The translations under genes were made by a program, and so were the position numbers. Below, in pieces: positions 27,801 to 39,469 of a stretch of DNA of 64,000 nt. The notes under the pieces are model-generated. The model had not been told where the DNA came from. It saw only the letters and a program-made list of their open reading frames with translations, and did not search any database. How positions within the stretch are numbered: position 1 is the first letter of the stretch; every line of letters begins with the position of its first letter. This DNA comes from Styela clava (Eukaryota), in NCBI RefSeq assembly GCF_964204865.1, contig NC_135255.1, forward strand, positions 2,046,001 through 2,110,000. Reading direction: 5' to 3'.

Positions 27801-29089
27801 TTCCAAATAATTTTCATGCAAATTTCAGATTAAACTGGACAAAATAACAGGTGTTGAAATGAATGAACAAACTATTAAAAAATATATATAAAAACTCTTT
27901 AATCCTAATCTGGGATATTAGCATTGCTTAGTCAATGAAATTAGTGAGAGTCACTGTTCAAATATCTTTGGCATTATCATTCTGGAATTACATTTCACAG
28001 AAAATGCAGTAAATTATATCTGATCACTCACTTTAAGTTGGATTCTGCAATATCAAGAGCGTCTCGTTGTTTATTATTTTCTGGTGGTACCGATATGAAA
28101 TAATGCATCGTTAAATGTCCAATTGCCATTGCCGCCAAAATGAACATAATAAGTTTTGAGATCTTAGTGTTGACGACACATCTGAATGAAAAAACACATA
28201 ATCCGTTTAATTGGAATTGAGTATGGATGAACTGATTGAAACAAAATAAATTGTGTGAGGAGACGTTGATAGATAGTTGTTATTTTTATATTGAAATAAA
28301 ATTCTAAATATGGATAGTGGCTGGACCAGAACTCTTTCGGCAAATCTTAAAATATTTAATAACCATTCAATTCAATTATCATATTATTACTTATCGATCT
28401 TAAGATCCGTAAGTATGTTGATAGGTATTTGTCTGTTTGTTTGTTTGTCTGTTAGATACACGCGATATCTCACGAAAGCGAGGTTGAATCTGCTCCAAAT
28501 TTGGCATGTGCATTCATCATAGTTCGGAACAGAAGCCTATTGATTTTCGACAAATTATGTCGTATAATTAGCGAGTTATTAATTAATTAGTGATGGGACA
28601 CACGGTATCACTATGGAGTAAGAGCACTGTTCTGGGGGATCCCCTAACCTTCGATCGATAAGTCTCCGGTTTCCAACCGAATTCTAGTTCATTTATTAGT
28701 GGTCTATAAACAGTAGGACTTTACACAGTTTTGAGGTTCTTCTCAAAATTCTGTAATCACACTTGATTCTAAAACTAGATGAGGGACAGTCCTGTTTAAA
28801 ATAAGACTTAACAATATTCGAATACGGATAACCACAATAAATACGGACATATCCGAAATAAAGGATGAATGATACTGTCTACTCGTCTGAGGGTCATTAT
28901 TCAGTTATTGATATTGAACCCATGTAAGCATGTACAGTCAAAAGACACAAGGAACCATACAGAAAAACTCTTTCCAAATGTATGAAATCAACCCCAATCT
29001 GAGAATTAGTATTTTACCAACCTTGCAACATTGAAAAAATTTGGAAGATTGCTGTTAGATCTCCCTCCATTGCTATTGGATATAATCAT
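12824..29089 (-). CDS. EXTL3: Exostosin-like 3 (heparan sulfate GlcNAc transferase; TM + coiled coil + GT47 exostosin + GT64 domains), 19 coding exons, ~940 aa
   Basis: Exons in transcript order: 29089-29022, 28181-28032 (TM), 27549-27459, 27198-27100, 26530-26415, 25809-25724 ([24 protein letters not shown]), 25339-25205, 22676-22434 ([14 protein letters not shown]), 22186-22116, 21703-21616, 21168-21021, 20888-20654, 19625-19438, 18707-18472, 18063-17882 ([16 protein letters not shown]), 17087-16885 ([30 protein letters not shown]), 14171-14027, 13508-13380 ([13 protein letters not shown]), 13033-12824 ([23 protein letters not shown]). All junctions are GT-AG with compatible phases; total 2823 nt. 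The start codon is the least certain point because the frame stays open upstream to an acceptor at ~29120. Confidence 0.95.
14613..16461. mobile_element. Non-autonomous hAT-like DNA transposon (1.85 kb) in an EXTL3 intron
   Basis: TIR agggatgcgac / gtcgcatccct; exact 8-bp TSD tagatcat (14605-14612 / 16462-16469); subterminal ccgaatcc/ggactcgg repeats at both ends; no long ORF. Confidence 0.85.
20229..20627. mobile_element. Degenerate hAT-type MITE remnant
   Basis: cagtgcctttcaacc..ggggaacc at left and ggaactcaggtgtgaaagctctg at right form imperfect inverted ends. Confidence 0.35.
22885..23110 (+). mobile_element. Older tRNA-derived SINE (second family)
   Basis: A-box-like ggtggcctagtagttaaa and B-box-like gggttcaaatccc; colinear diverged copy at ~55493-55715. 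Confidence 0.5.
23341..25192. mobile_element. Non-autonomous hAT DNA transposon (1.85 kb) in an EXTL3 intron
   Basis: Perfect 16-bp TIR caggggcgcagccagg / cctggctgcgcccctg; exact 8-bp TSD gatgtgat (23333-23340 / 25193-25200); four internal tandem copies of aata(t)gttcaatcttcg (~23855-23978); no transposase ORF. Confidence 0.9.
25850..26080. mobile_element. MITE with GGTACTCC..GGAGTACC termini and ~8-bp TSD (Merlin-like)
   Basis: ~38-bp TIR ggtactcacgaagtatgtgaaccaagatggtggacacc / ggtgtccgccatcttggttcacatacttcgggagtacc; flanks gaatatta / gaatagta; internal ccctaacc motif. Confidence 0.8.
28385..28689 (+). mobile_element. Helentron-associated (HINE/DINE-1-like) non-autonomous element
   Basis: Subterminal inverted repeat acttatcgatc (28389-28399) / gatcgataagt (28653-28663); (GTYT)n microsatellite at ~28430-28452; 3' hairpin cggtt-tcc-aaccg (28667-28679) followed by tctagtt. 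Confidence 0.7.
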
Positions 29090-29252
29090 CTCCCCTTCAA
29101 ATATAGATCTACTGCGCCATCTAAATCTGTAATTAACTTAATGCAATATTTTGCTATTATAACATTCAGACATCAACATACAAACATCAGGACATAGGCT
29201 ACAGACGTAGTACCGTAATGCTGTAATGACAGAACCTTTTTATAGGCTAGTC

Positions 29253-30421
29253 CAGTGGTTCTTATTAAACTTTTTGAGTCGCGCCCCCCTTTGAAAAATT
29301 TTACAAACTTTGCTTTTGTGATGGGCTGGTTGCTTTGTATTAAGATGGCGCTGTAAGAGTGTTGGTCTCCTTGCTGTCATTGCTATGATTGTTTAGGCAT
29401 AAAACCCATCGGAGTACAACTTCGCCATTCACCTTGTGCCTGCGGCACACCTGTAATGTTCTAAAACTACCGACTTGAAATAAATTTTCCGCCGTGGGAT
29501 TTTATCACAAACTTGGGAATTTCTCTAACAATAATATTTGAAAATCAATCGAGTGGCACCATTGCAATGGCGCAGAGTAAGAGTTGCAGCGAAAGCTCAT
29601 ATTGGTCTAATTTGCAAGAATATGAATCAAAACAAAATGCAATCTGTCAGTTTACAACACATTTTTATGTCCGCGAATTGCGGTGGTTATTTGGGGTAGG
29701 GGTGCTTTTATTTCATTAAAGTTAATTATTTACAATTAAATAAATAAAGCAACCATTTTAAATATGTATATCAGTCATGGATCTAATATTTTATTCAACC
29801 ATCACAAAAACTATTACACACCCGTTGGAAAAGTCGGCTCTTCTAACGAGTGGCGTAACCTCAATGACTGACCCAGAAGACGTATCGCGGAATTTCGAGG
29901 AGATAAATATATATTTTTGATTTACTAATAAACTTTAAATGTATTCTCATTGTACTAAATTTAATATACTTTCTGGGATTTTACACCAGAACTTTCGAAC
30001 GACGATAACGAATTCGCATGAGCGCAATATATATCAAAACTAAATATAATCGAGCAGTTGATTATTACTGATTGATTGATTATTATCATTATCACATCAT
30101 TATGTCCGCAAATTTGCGTGGTATTTTAGGTCGGTAATGAGTTTTTTGTCGTCGCCGCCACCGCAAGTAACCTTGGACACAAATGAATTAAAATAGAGAC
30201 GTTTTGAATTCTTGTACTTGTCATAGATTGAATATTACGAGACAGAAAAATTTATTATAATGTGAAAAAGCCGGAATTATTAACACAACGCGGAGACCAT
30301 TTTTAGGTGCCGTTGCGTGGAAATTTTCGATACGATTTTGTTACCTTTCGCCCCCCCCCCCCCCCTGAAAGCATCTTGCGCCCCCCAAGGGGGGGCACGC
30401 ATCCCAGTTTAAGAACCAGTG
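29253..30421. mobile_element. hAT (Charlie/Buster-like) non-autonomous element just upstream of the EXTL3 first coding exon
   Basis: Ends cagtggttctta / taagaaccagtg; exact 8-bp TSD ggctagtc (29245-29252 / 30422-30429); subterminal gcgcccccc motifs. Confidence 0.85.
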
Positions 30422-30559
30422 GGCTAGTCCATAAGTCAGAGACTCATGGTTTCAGAGATTGGAAAACAAGACTGCAAGAAGATTTTCAATTATTGACATT
30501 ACAGCATTAAGGATTGAAGTGAGGCCTGGAGACAGTACAGCAGTAACTACTAACTGACT

Positions 30560-30898
30560 GGATAGGATAGGATTTACATATTTATCCCGGGGGAAGAGGA
30601 AAGCCGATAAGACGACTTATCCATATGGCGAACCACGGCCTCTCGTCCGGTTACCATTCCAAGTCGGGTATGGGATTAGTTATATTGTTTGTTTTCGGAA
30701 GCATGGACTTGGTGGTGGAGGAAGCCGTAACCGACCAGCGGTTACGTGCACCACCCAACGACGGCGAGGAGTCCAGCAATCCTCTCGCACATAACCATCC
30801 CTGCATGGGATTTGAACCTGCGAACCCACGCAGAGTAAATAGAGGTGCGGTGGCGAGCGTATTCCTAGCGCTTAGCCCGTTGAGCCACACCGCCGCGC
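30560..30898 (-). mobile_element. Full-length tRNA-derived SINE (family 1)
   Basis: Near-identical to the reverse complement of 42329-42671; Pol III A and B boxes; (ATCCT)n tail. Confidence 0.9.
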
Positions 30899-31391
30899 TA
30901 CAGGGGTGGTGACTGCTCTACGGCCCATGGGCCGAGCCACGGCCCATCTAATCGGGCCACATGGGCCGTGGCCCATCAAGCTATGGGCCGCGACCCATCA
31001 GGAAAAAATTCAATTATCTTACCGAAATTTTCAATTTTTACAAAATTGTCAATATTCGAACCAAAAAAAAAATCGCGGGATGCCACCAAACCTTTTTCTT
31101 ACGATAAGCCTTTACATAAAAATAAAGCAAAATACTAAGCTACAGAAAAGGATACACCTGACTGCCTGAAGTATGTGTAGCCTACCAGGATAGGGTTAGG
31201 ACAAAATTTTGTTCAGATTTTTCACATTATAGTTCTATTATGAGTTCGGGGAGTGGGTAGGATTTACATATTTATTAGTCTTTCATATTTTATCCCTTTA
31301 CACAACTTGATGGACCGCGGCCAATAGCCTGATGGCGTGATGGGCTGTGGCCCCGGCCCATGGGCCGTAGAGGAGTAACCACTTCCACTCT
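30899..31391. mobile_element. MITE with long imperfect TIRs inserted at the SINE 5' end
   Basis: gtggtgactgctctacggcccatgggcc / ggccatgggccgtagaggagtaaccac; 8-bp direct repeat cgccgcgc at 30891-30898 and 31392-31399. Confidence 0.7.
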
Positions 31392-31698
31392 CGCCGCGCC
31401 TGAACTAAGAACAAGATGTAAAAGCCTGAAAGCAGTACTGTATGCTCGAAATCTGTCTCCATACTAATAATTAAAAACCTGTAAACTATGACCACCACCA
31501 CGACCTATTCCTGTATAAGTGGATTCTTACTGTCTTGGCCTATTTCTGTATTTCCAGATTTCTGCATTCATTGCTCGAAATTAGGATAGGATTAACATAT
31601 TTATCCCGGGGATATCTAATTTACTTCCATTGGAACGGATAACTCCCAAGCCCAGAAGCCTGTTATCGGGTACATACTACAGTACTACGGGTAGTTAT

Positions 31699-32068
31699 AA
31701 AATGGCTATGTCCCTTATAAAATAGCAATCCCGATATGTCTTTACTAGAATGGCTACGTCCGCTTTGTTTCTACTAAATAGGCGATGTCCGTTATGTCCC
31801 TACTAAAATGGCTATGTCCGCTATGTTATTATTAAAATGACTATGTCCGCTATGTTCCCACTAAAATGGCGATGTCCGCTATGTCAGTACTGTATGTCCC
31901 TACTAAAATGGCTATGTCATGTGAAGACATAGTCATTTTAAAAGGGACATAGCGGACATAGCCATTTCAGTAGAGACATAGCCATTTTAGTAGGGACATA
32001 GAGGATATAGCCATTATAGTAGGAACATAGCGGACATAGCCATTTTAGTAGGGATATAGCGGACATAG
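31699..32068. repeat. Palindromic minisatellite: ~29-bp units (ctactaaaatggctatgtccgctatgtcc) followed by the same units inverted
   Basis: Direct array at 31699-31920 and inverted array (ggacatagcggacatagccattttagtag) at 31925-32068. Confidence 0.85.
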
Positions 32069-33721
32069 AGTATATATTATAAATTTTACATGAGGTTGTT
32101 ATCTGTGGACCGGTATGTTAGTCGTTGCTGTGGACTAAGTGTTTGCTAATGTAAATTTTAATTTGCCTAAGTTTTCTACTTTGAACGTCACCAACTATTT
32201 AGAATACGAGTCCTATGTAGAACATGAGTTAGCACGAACTCTACCAATCTTCTAATATTATGCGAACAATACACAATATGAACGAAATACGACGATAGTT
32301 GAAATGGACATCTAAAACGCTCTATTTCTCTACATAACTCAACTACACCTCGATGTGAACGGTGTCTCGAAAATGTCGTGTCCCACTTGTCCAACGTATC
32401 CCACTCTAAAAATGAATACATGTACTTATGAACATTGTATTTATATTCAATCAATCATTTTCAATCAATCATCTTCAATCAATCATTTCTTGAGCAGCTT
32501 TCGGGTCTAATGCAAGACAGTTTTGCAGCTAAACTGACGCCTGATTATTACCTAATAAAGATGTTCCAAATAGAAACAGGCTTTTAACAATGTCGTTCAA
32601 TGATCAATTGTTTATTTTTTGGCTCTGGAATTGTCGAACTATTTGATATCGGGCAAAAAGTTCCATCTAGTTCTAGTTGCTTCCAACTACGAGAAAGTAG
32701 AATCACATTATAAAAATCACGAAGAATTTGTAAAAAGTACCAAGGGAATACGCCAGAAAAATTCGTGATGCGGAATATAATTCTGCAATTCGGAATTTTT
32801 CGTGGATGTAAGCGATTTGCACCTTTTCAAACGTTTTTGTGTACGAGAGAAGAAGAATATCTTTTCTATGCCACCCTTATGCACGCAGGAGGCGGTATGC
32901 ATGTAACGAGGCCGCCCATGATTGTTACCCGCCGATTACCTCTATTATTTATTTTAAACCATAAATATACAAATTGGCAAAGACAAAACATTTCATTCAC
33001 ATTAGGGTTACCATATCTGGAAAAACAAAATCTCTGACAAAATTTTTTAATTAGCCATATTGACCAATTTTGCAACGAAAACACTTATTTTCAAACCTTT
33101 AAATTTAGGATAGGATAAGATTTACATATTTATTCCGGGGAAGAGGAAAGCCGATAATACGGCTTAATCATAATATGGCGGACCACGGCCTCTCGCACGG
33201 TGAGCAGTCCATGGGATTAGTTAGCCAATTATTTGTTTTCGGTTGCATGGACTTGATGGCGGAGGAATTGAACTAATTACGGATGCCTAAACATGGGAAA
33301 TCAAAAAAACAGAACCCATAAATTTGTAAATTATTTCTAAAAAATGAAGAAAAGTCATTGAATATGTGTAGGCCTACGATTATGATTATACCCCCAAAAT
33401 TTCAGTAATCTAGGACGCTTTGCACAAAAGTTATGTTTTTCTAGAATATGTTCAAAAGTCCTTCTCTGCAGGCGCACAAATACCCATGATAAGACGATAC
33501 CTGTCTAAATTCGAATTCATCCAATGGAGCAAGAAAATCTTTAGAATCTTTTGAAAATTTCTGTTTTCACTTCGGGAAAGCGACATAACGGTAGACGTTT
33601 TAGCAGTCGCACAGATAGATTTTATGGCATGGCTTTAACATTGCCTCGTTTTCGCATGCTATTTGCTAGTTTTTAGTTGTGTTTTGAAAATTTCAGAACG
33701 AATCAAATAACTCAATGATTA

Positions 33722-34904
33722 GGTGACAGCATATTTGCACCCGTGAACTGCACCCTGTACATTTGCACCCATACATTTCCGGTGACCGTACATTTGCACC
33801 CATGTAGCCTACATTTGAACCCATACATTTGCATACGTATATCCGCGAGTTCAATCTATATGCGGGTGCTAAAACCCATGGGTTAGGGTTAGTATGGGTT
33901 CAAATATTCGTAAAAAAAAAAATTCCATAGCTGCAATAGTATGCAGATGAATTGTCGTGGGTTCAAATTACGGGTGCAATTGTTCGTGGGTGCAAATGTA
34001 ATGGTACCACATTTCCACCCATAGATTTTACCACCCGCATATAGATTGCACCCAGTACATTTGCACCCACGGACATTTGCATTCATGGACGTAGTGCACC
34101 CATGTACATTTGCAGTTTGCACCCACAGACATTTTCACCCGCGGATATTTGCACTCACGTACATTCTGCACCCGTGGATATTTGCACCCGCGGACATTTG
34201 CATCCACGAACATTTTCACCCACGGACATTTGCGCTTACGCACATTGGCACCCACGGACATTTGCACCCAATTACATTTGTACCCATGGACATTTGCACC
34301 CATGGACATTTGCACCCATGGACATTAGCACACATGAACATTTGGACCCACGGAAATTTGTACCCGCGGATATTTGCACCCACAGACATTTTCGCATCCG
34401 CGGATATTTGCACCCACAGACATTTGCACCAATAAACATTTGCACCCATGTGCGTTCGGGTTTTGCGGTAAGTTCGTTTTCATTACTAATCATAACATTA
34501 GGATGTCTCTATATCGCCACAAAAGGCAATACAATCTCTTTTGCTTCAAAGACCGGTATCAATGGGTGTAAATGTTTACTGGTACAAGTGTCCATAGATG
34601 CGAATATACGTGGAGGCAAATGTTTATGAGTGCAAATGTACGCGGGTTCGATTGTAAGTTGGTGCAAATGTACACGGATGCAGATATACTTAGTGCAAAT
34701 GTTGCTTGGTTCAAAAGTACATAGGTGCAAATGTCCGTTGGGTTCAAATGTCTGTAGGTGCAAATGTACGTAGGTACAAATGCCCATGGGTCCAAATGTT
34801 CATGAGTGAAGTCTGTATGTGGGTGCTAATATCTGCGGTTGCAAATGTTCGTGGGTATAAAAGCATGCAGATGCAATAGTCCTGGTTGCAAAGATGATGG
34901 AACC
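33722..34904. mobile_element. Foldback-type element built of 16-bp tandem repeats (acatttgcacccacgg) in alternating orientation
   Basis: Arrays are direct at ~33730-33845, inverted at ~33930-34000, direct at ~34045-34450 and inverted at ~34560-34890. Ends are GG..CC with an exact 9-bp TSD caatgatta (33713-33721 / 34905-34913). Confidence 0.8.
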
Positions 34905-35303
34905 CAATGATTATACTATATTTTAATTGCAGTAATGAAAAATTAGTCTGAAGTAAAGTTTTTTTTTTACATTTTACTACATTTAAACAGATATCTCAAA
35001 AAAGAAGGTGGAAATGCGAGCGCTTCTTGATGCAGGCCATGCTGGTAAAGCCAACCGAAGAAAGCGTGGCAGAGAACGCATAGTTCTCCATGTATCTTGG
35101 GTAAGTCAAATAAAGTTCAATTAATAATAATAAATCAGAACTCGTCAACTTCTGATTCTCATAACAGAACAAACAGAAAATGAATAACGAACCAACGTTC
35201 TCGAAGGGAGATCGGACAAGATCTCTGATAACAATGAACTAAAGACTACCAAATGTACAGAAAATAGCGAGCGAACAATCTTCAAGACGGGAGACCGGAC
35301 AAG

Positions 35304-35413
35304 GGAGCTCGCGAAGTATGTGCACCAAGATGGCGCACAACCTGAGCATAGTATGTGTACCAGGTTAGGGTTCAGTTTGTGCGCCATCTTGGTGCACATA
35401 CTTCGGGAGCGCT
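35304..35413. mobile_element. Short palindromic MITE (GG..CC family)
   Basis: gaagtatgtgcaccaagatggcgcac / gtgcgccatcttggtgcacatacttc; TSD cggacaag (35296-35303 / 35414-35421); central ggttagggtt. Confidence 0.8.
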
Positions 35414-37347
35414 CGGACAAGATCCTGAAGCCTGCCAAATTTTATATAAGTTGGCACTGTTAGGTTAAATACGAGCTCGTAGCTCAAGGTAGACACCTAA
35501 CATTGCTTGAAAATAACTAGGTTTCTAATAATCCATACTGTGAAGGTTGCATTTAAATGTCGCATCAGGTATTATATATTAGGAATTAAACCTAGGGCCT
35601 ACAAAGCTCATTGGTATAAATTCAAAGTTCATGTCACAAGTCCTTGAAATAAAACGTATTCATTCTCAGGGCCTGCACTTCTGGATCACCAGTGGAAAGC
35701 TTGGTCGCAAATCCGCAACGTTCGAGAGTTTTGGTGCCATAGAATTCTTTTTTGGTGGAACAAGTGGTTGCAGATCGATTACTTGAATTTGGCCTTATTT
35801 CCTAACAGGCTATGATTTAACAAAATTGTGTAATCTAATCTACTTGTAATGAACTACGATCGTCAAATGAGGGAGAGAGTTTATTTCACGAACAATGTCA
35901 ACACAATGATAAATTTGAAGCAACAAAAAAAGAAAATAATCCAGTCATAACTGGTTAGCATTATTTGTGCGGGTCCGGATGCAAGACCGGTCACCGAGGT
36001 TCCTGACCCAAGCTATATATAAGAGATCAGTCAGATAAAGCATCAGCGATGAAATATAGATAAAAACATAAGTTAAGTGTATAGAAATAAAATGTATGTA
36101 CTAGTCAGCAATTTTATTCTAAAGTTAATAATACAAATTGTGGTGTTATTAGATCACATGTAGCTTTGAGTGCGGACAGGTCCAGAGAATCAGAACAATT
36201 ATCGAGATTATTTTTTACAACTATTTATATTAGTACCGGGCTCGAATACATGGAGAGAGAAAAATAACCAGGCAAAGGCATATTAAACTTAAAATTTTAA
36301 TTGAAAAAATTAATTGTTCAAGAAGCCAACTCCAATAACACAAGCCTTTGTTCAAAGCTACATCTAGTGTTGAATACTGATGACATAAATGTTTTTAAAT
36401 ACAGCAAATCAAGGTAGCCAAATCGAACTCGCGTGAAGTCCAAGCCTTGGGTGTTCCAACATTCCGAAACCTGGCAATGTGACCGCCTTGATTTCAAAAT
36501 ATTGCATTTTTTCTACATTCCACAATACATGTATATTGTATTTCACTGCTATTCGAATCATAACACAAAGCTGATTTGAATGTTCAATCAATCACGACTG
36601 ATCATAGGTGAAACAAGTTAGGATTAGGCCATAACTCCTATTTGTACCTGAAATTAGGGCGTAACCCTAACCTGGTACACATACTACGTCTCGGTGTCAA
36701 CCATCTTGGTTCGCAATTCGCATACTACAGAAGTACCAAAATAAAAAAAATACAATAGGGACTATACCATACAAGTTTCAAGAGTAATATAGGAACTTCC
36801 TCGGGGAACATCACTATTGAGACCGTTTTTAGTATGAAATATAAACCATCACTCTATATTTGATTCAAAATTTGAGTTGTGTTTTCATCAGGCCTGTGGT
36901 GATCAGAGTGACTTGATAGGAGTACTATCTTGTATTTTTCACTTTGTGGAGATTTGGTAAATATCTTTAGCACCATTTCTGGCGTTAAAACCTTTATTTT
37001 TAGCTCGGCTCAATGGAGTTGGACTTCACTTGACGACTTGGACAAACTTTGTAAAAAAGTTACTTATACAGTTTTATTAACTTGGATCAAATGTTACTTA
37101 CAACTGTTAATCCAAGAGCAATCATTATACTTTGCATAATAAAATAGGCTGCAATGGATCTAGTCATGATAAAAAAGCAAAACTATGAAAAAACTCTCCA
37201 TTACAGTCAACAAGTCATGAATGAGAAATATCGAAAAAACACTTACAAATACTCCAGGCATAATCAAGTTAGGCCTTCCGTCGACGAGCAAACTCCACAA
37301 AATGAGGTATAACACCAAAAACATTGAACTGAAATAATAAAAAATGT

Positions 37348-37458
37348 GGACCTCCAGAAGTGTGCGCACCAAGATGACGCACAACCTGGACATAGTATGT
37401 GTGTACCGGTTAGGATTCAGGTTGTGCGACATCTTGGTGCGCATACTTCTGGAGCACC
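37348..37458. mobile_element. Short palindromic MITE (GG..CC family)
   Basis: ctccagaagtgtgcgcaccaagatg / catcttggtgcgcatacttctggagcacc; flanks aaaaatgt / aagaatgt. Confidence 0.75.
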
Positions 37459-38689
37459 AAGAATGTTGCTTGAAATTGAGTGATACTGCATTTTGGTAGC
37501 AAGTGAAAAGATGGAGGATACACCCGACAAAATATTGTTCAAAAATATGGTATAGAAGGCGTCACAATGTATTAGTACCTAATGGAAAATCTTCGAACGA
37601 AGACCAGCTTTTTTTCAAAAATAATTTTTATTTCATTGTTTTATATTGTTCTTTCCTGCAAGTTATAAAATAAATGATGACGGTAATCTATGTACTTTAT
37701 TGAAACTTTTCATAGTTGGCAACCCTAAGCGTAGGACTAAACTTTCCTATCACTTCTGATAATTCTCCTACGTGTGTCACATCCCGTGATTATGTGCAGG
37801 AAAATTACTGAACCCTACAACGGTTCAGGATGGTTTCACAACCACTGGTCGTTTACGACTTCCTCCACCATCAAGTCCATGCGCCTGGAAATTATGACCG
37901 ATCAACAAATCAGAAACAGATAGGGGAACTAACCAAATAAATTTTTAAATTCATTGAATTCATTTTTGTGGGTGGAAGTTTGGTATATAGGATGAATTAA
38001 ATCGAATATTAAAAACAAAAAGGATTTTGGGTTAACACATTTTGCAAGTGTATAAATATTATAAACATAACAGTTTTGAAAATAATTTTTGCTTATTGGA
38101 CACGTAGTGGACATAGCGATAGTTTCAATATTATGTTGTTTTTCTTGTTCTTTGACACGTTTTTAAAAAGTCGCTTTTCTCTTTGATTATTGGACCAATT
38201 GCTTTGAAATTTTCAGTGGTTAAAGATAAAAAATTTCCTCAGAAGGCTATTACTTTTTTTTTTGTTATGACGTCATCAAAATTATTGCCATTAGATGGCG
38301 CTACGTGTCCATATATTTGAGCATAGCTCTGTTGTTTTTAATTTGATTGGATGGAGATAAACATAAATTTGATAGTAAGTGCACAGAACAAGCATTGGAA
38401 TGAGAATTTAGCAGCACGTCAAGCACAACAATATAAAATTGATCTTACAGCAGTACTAATTATATATGAATCAATATTACAGATGAACTATTCAATGAAT
38501 TTTGACAGGATTCTATATTCAATAAATTTTGACAGGATTCTATTAATAAACTACAATTATTAAACATTTTTATCTTTTCGTTCAATGTGTGACGCGTAAG
38601 GTTTGGTATAAAAATTGTCAAATTAGTTTATCTATTTTATAATTGCACAGTGAAAGTTATAATTATACCCCACATTTTACAGTACCACA

Positions 38690-38870
38690 TGAAAAAAATA
38701 TATATGTGAATAAATTATGGAGTTTCTGCATGTGTGCTCAAAACAAGTACGTAGATGGCAATTCAAATATCACAGTGAATTAAAATATATGTGAATGAAT
38801 TATGGAGTTACAGCATGTGTGCTCACAATAAGTACAAAGATGGCAATTCCTTTATCACCGTGAATTGAAT
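38690..38870. repeat. Tandem duplication of an ~88-bp unit
   Basis: atatatgtgaat.aattatggagtt.c.gcatgtgtgctca.aa.aagtac..agatggcaattc occurs twice. Confidence 0.7.
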
Positions 38871-39469
38871 GATTGATTACACAGTATTACAAGAAAATAG
38901 AATTACAATTACCTCTCCAATTACATGTATTCAGTCATATTTTATTACCTATCTCTATCTTTTGCGCGACGATCACAATATCATTGCGTGGCATGGCTCT
39001 GGAGTACCCGCGATATATATTCATATATCACTAGAGTGCAAATCACTATCGTTTTGCGGGATCATCTGGCGATCCGATTTTGACGTCGGTGAATAAACAA
39101 AATCGGTGAACGACTAGAGCCAAGCTTTCGTAACGACGCAAAGTACAATTAGGCATTGACGTTCAGGCGACGTTGTTCTGTGGAACGTTTCAAATTACGC
39201 AATCGCGCATTTTGTCGTTCACAGCTGGAGTTCCAATTGTATCAGTATATATCGTAACATCGGCCGCGGTTCAAATAACACTTGCTTTAAACTTATGCTT
39301 TAGGTTAATGACGTTTCGCACTTGCGAGGACAAGCGATGAGTGTTTTTCATATCGAACGCAGAGCTACTACGTTGCAACACTTTGGTTGTTCGTTTGGTT
39401 GCATTCAGTCCTAGAATCTCTACGATGGACTAGGCTGAAATTACCTATCAGTACTTGAAAGCAGCATGT

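Larger units (their letters stand above)
32500..35786 (+). pseudogene. Possible decayed multi-exon gene of unknown family
   Basis: Exon-like segments with canonical splice sites and mutually compatible phases: ..32807|gtaag, 33472-33590, 34991-35100|gtaagt, 35670-; they contain in-frame stops and an apparent frameshift. Confidence 0.3.

Noticed and set aside
30625-30912. Near-identical ORFs here and at 42303-42659
   Set aside because: Both lie within copies of the tRNA-derived SINE; the identity reflects the repeat, not coding constraint.
33889-34795. Cluster of overlapping Cys/His-rich ORFs (up to 175 aa)
   Set aside because: They are translations of the 16-bp tandem repeat and are open on both strands; not genes.
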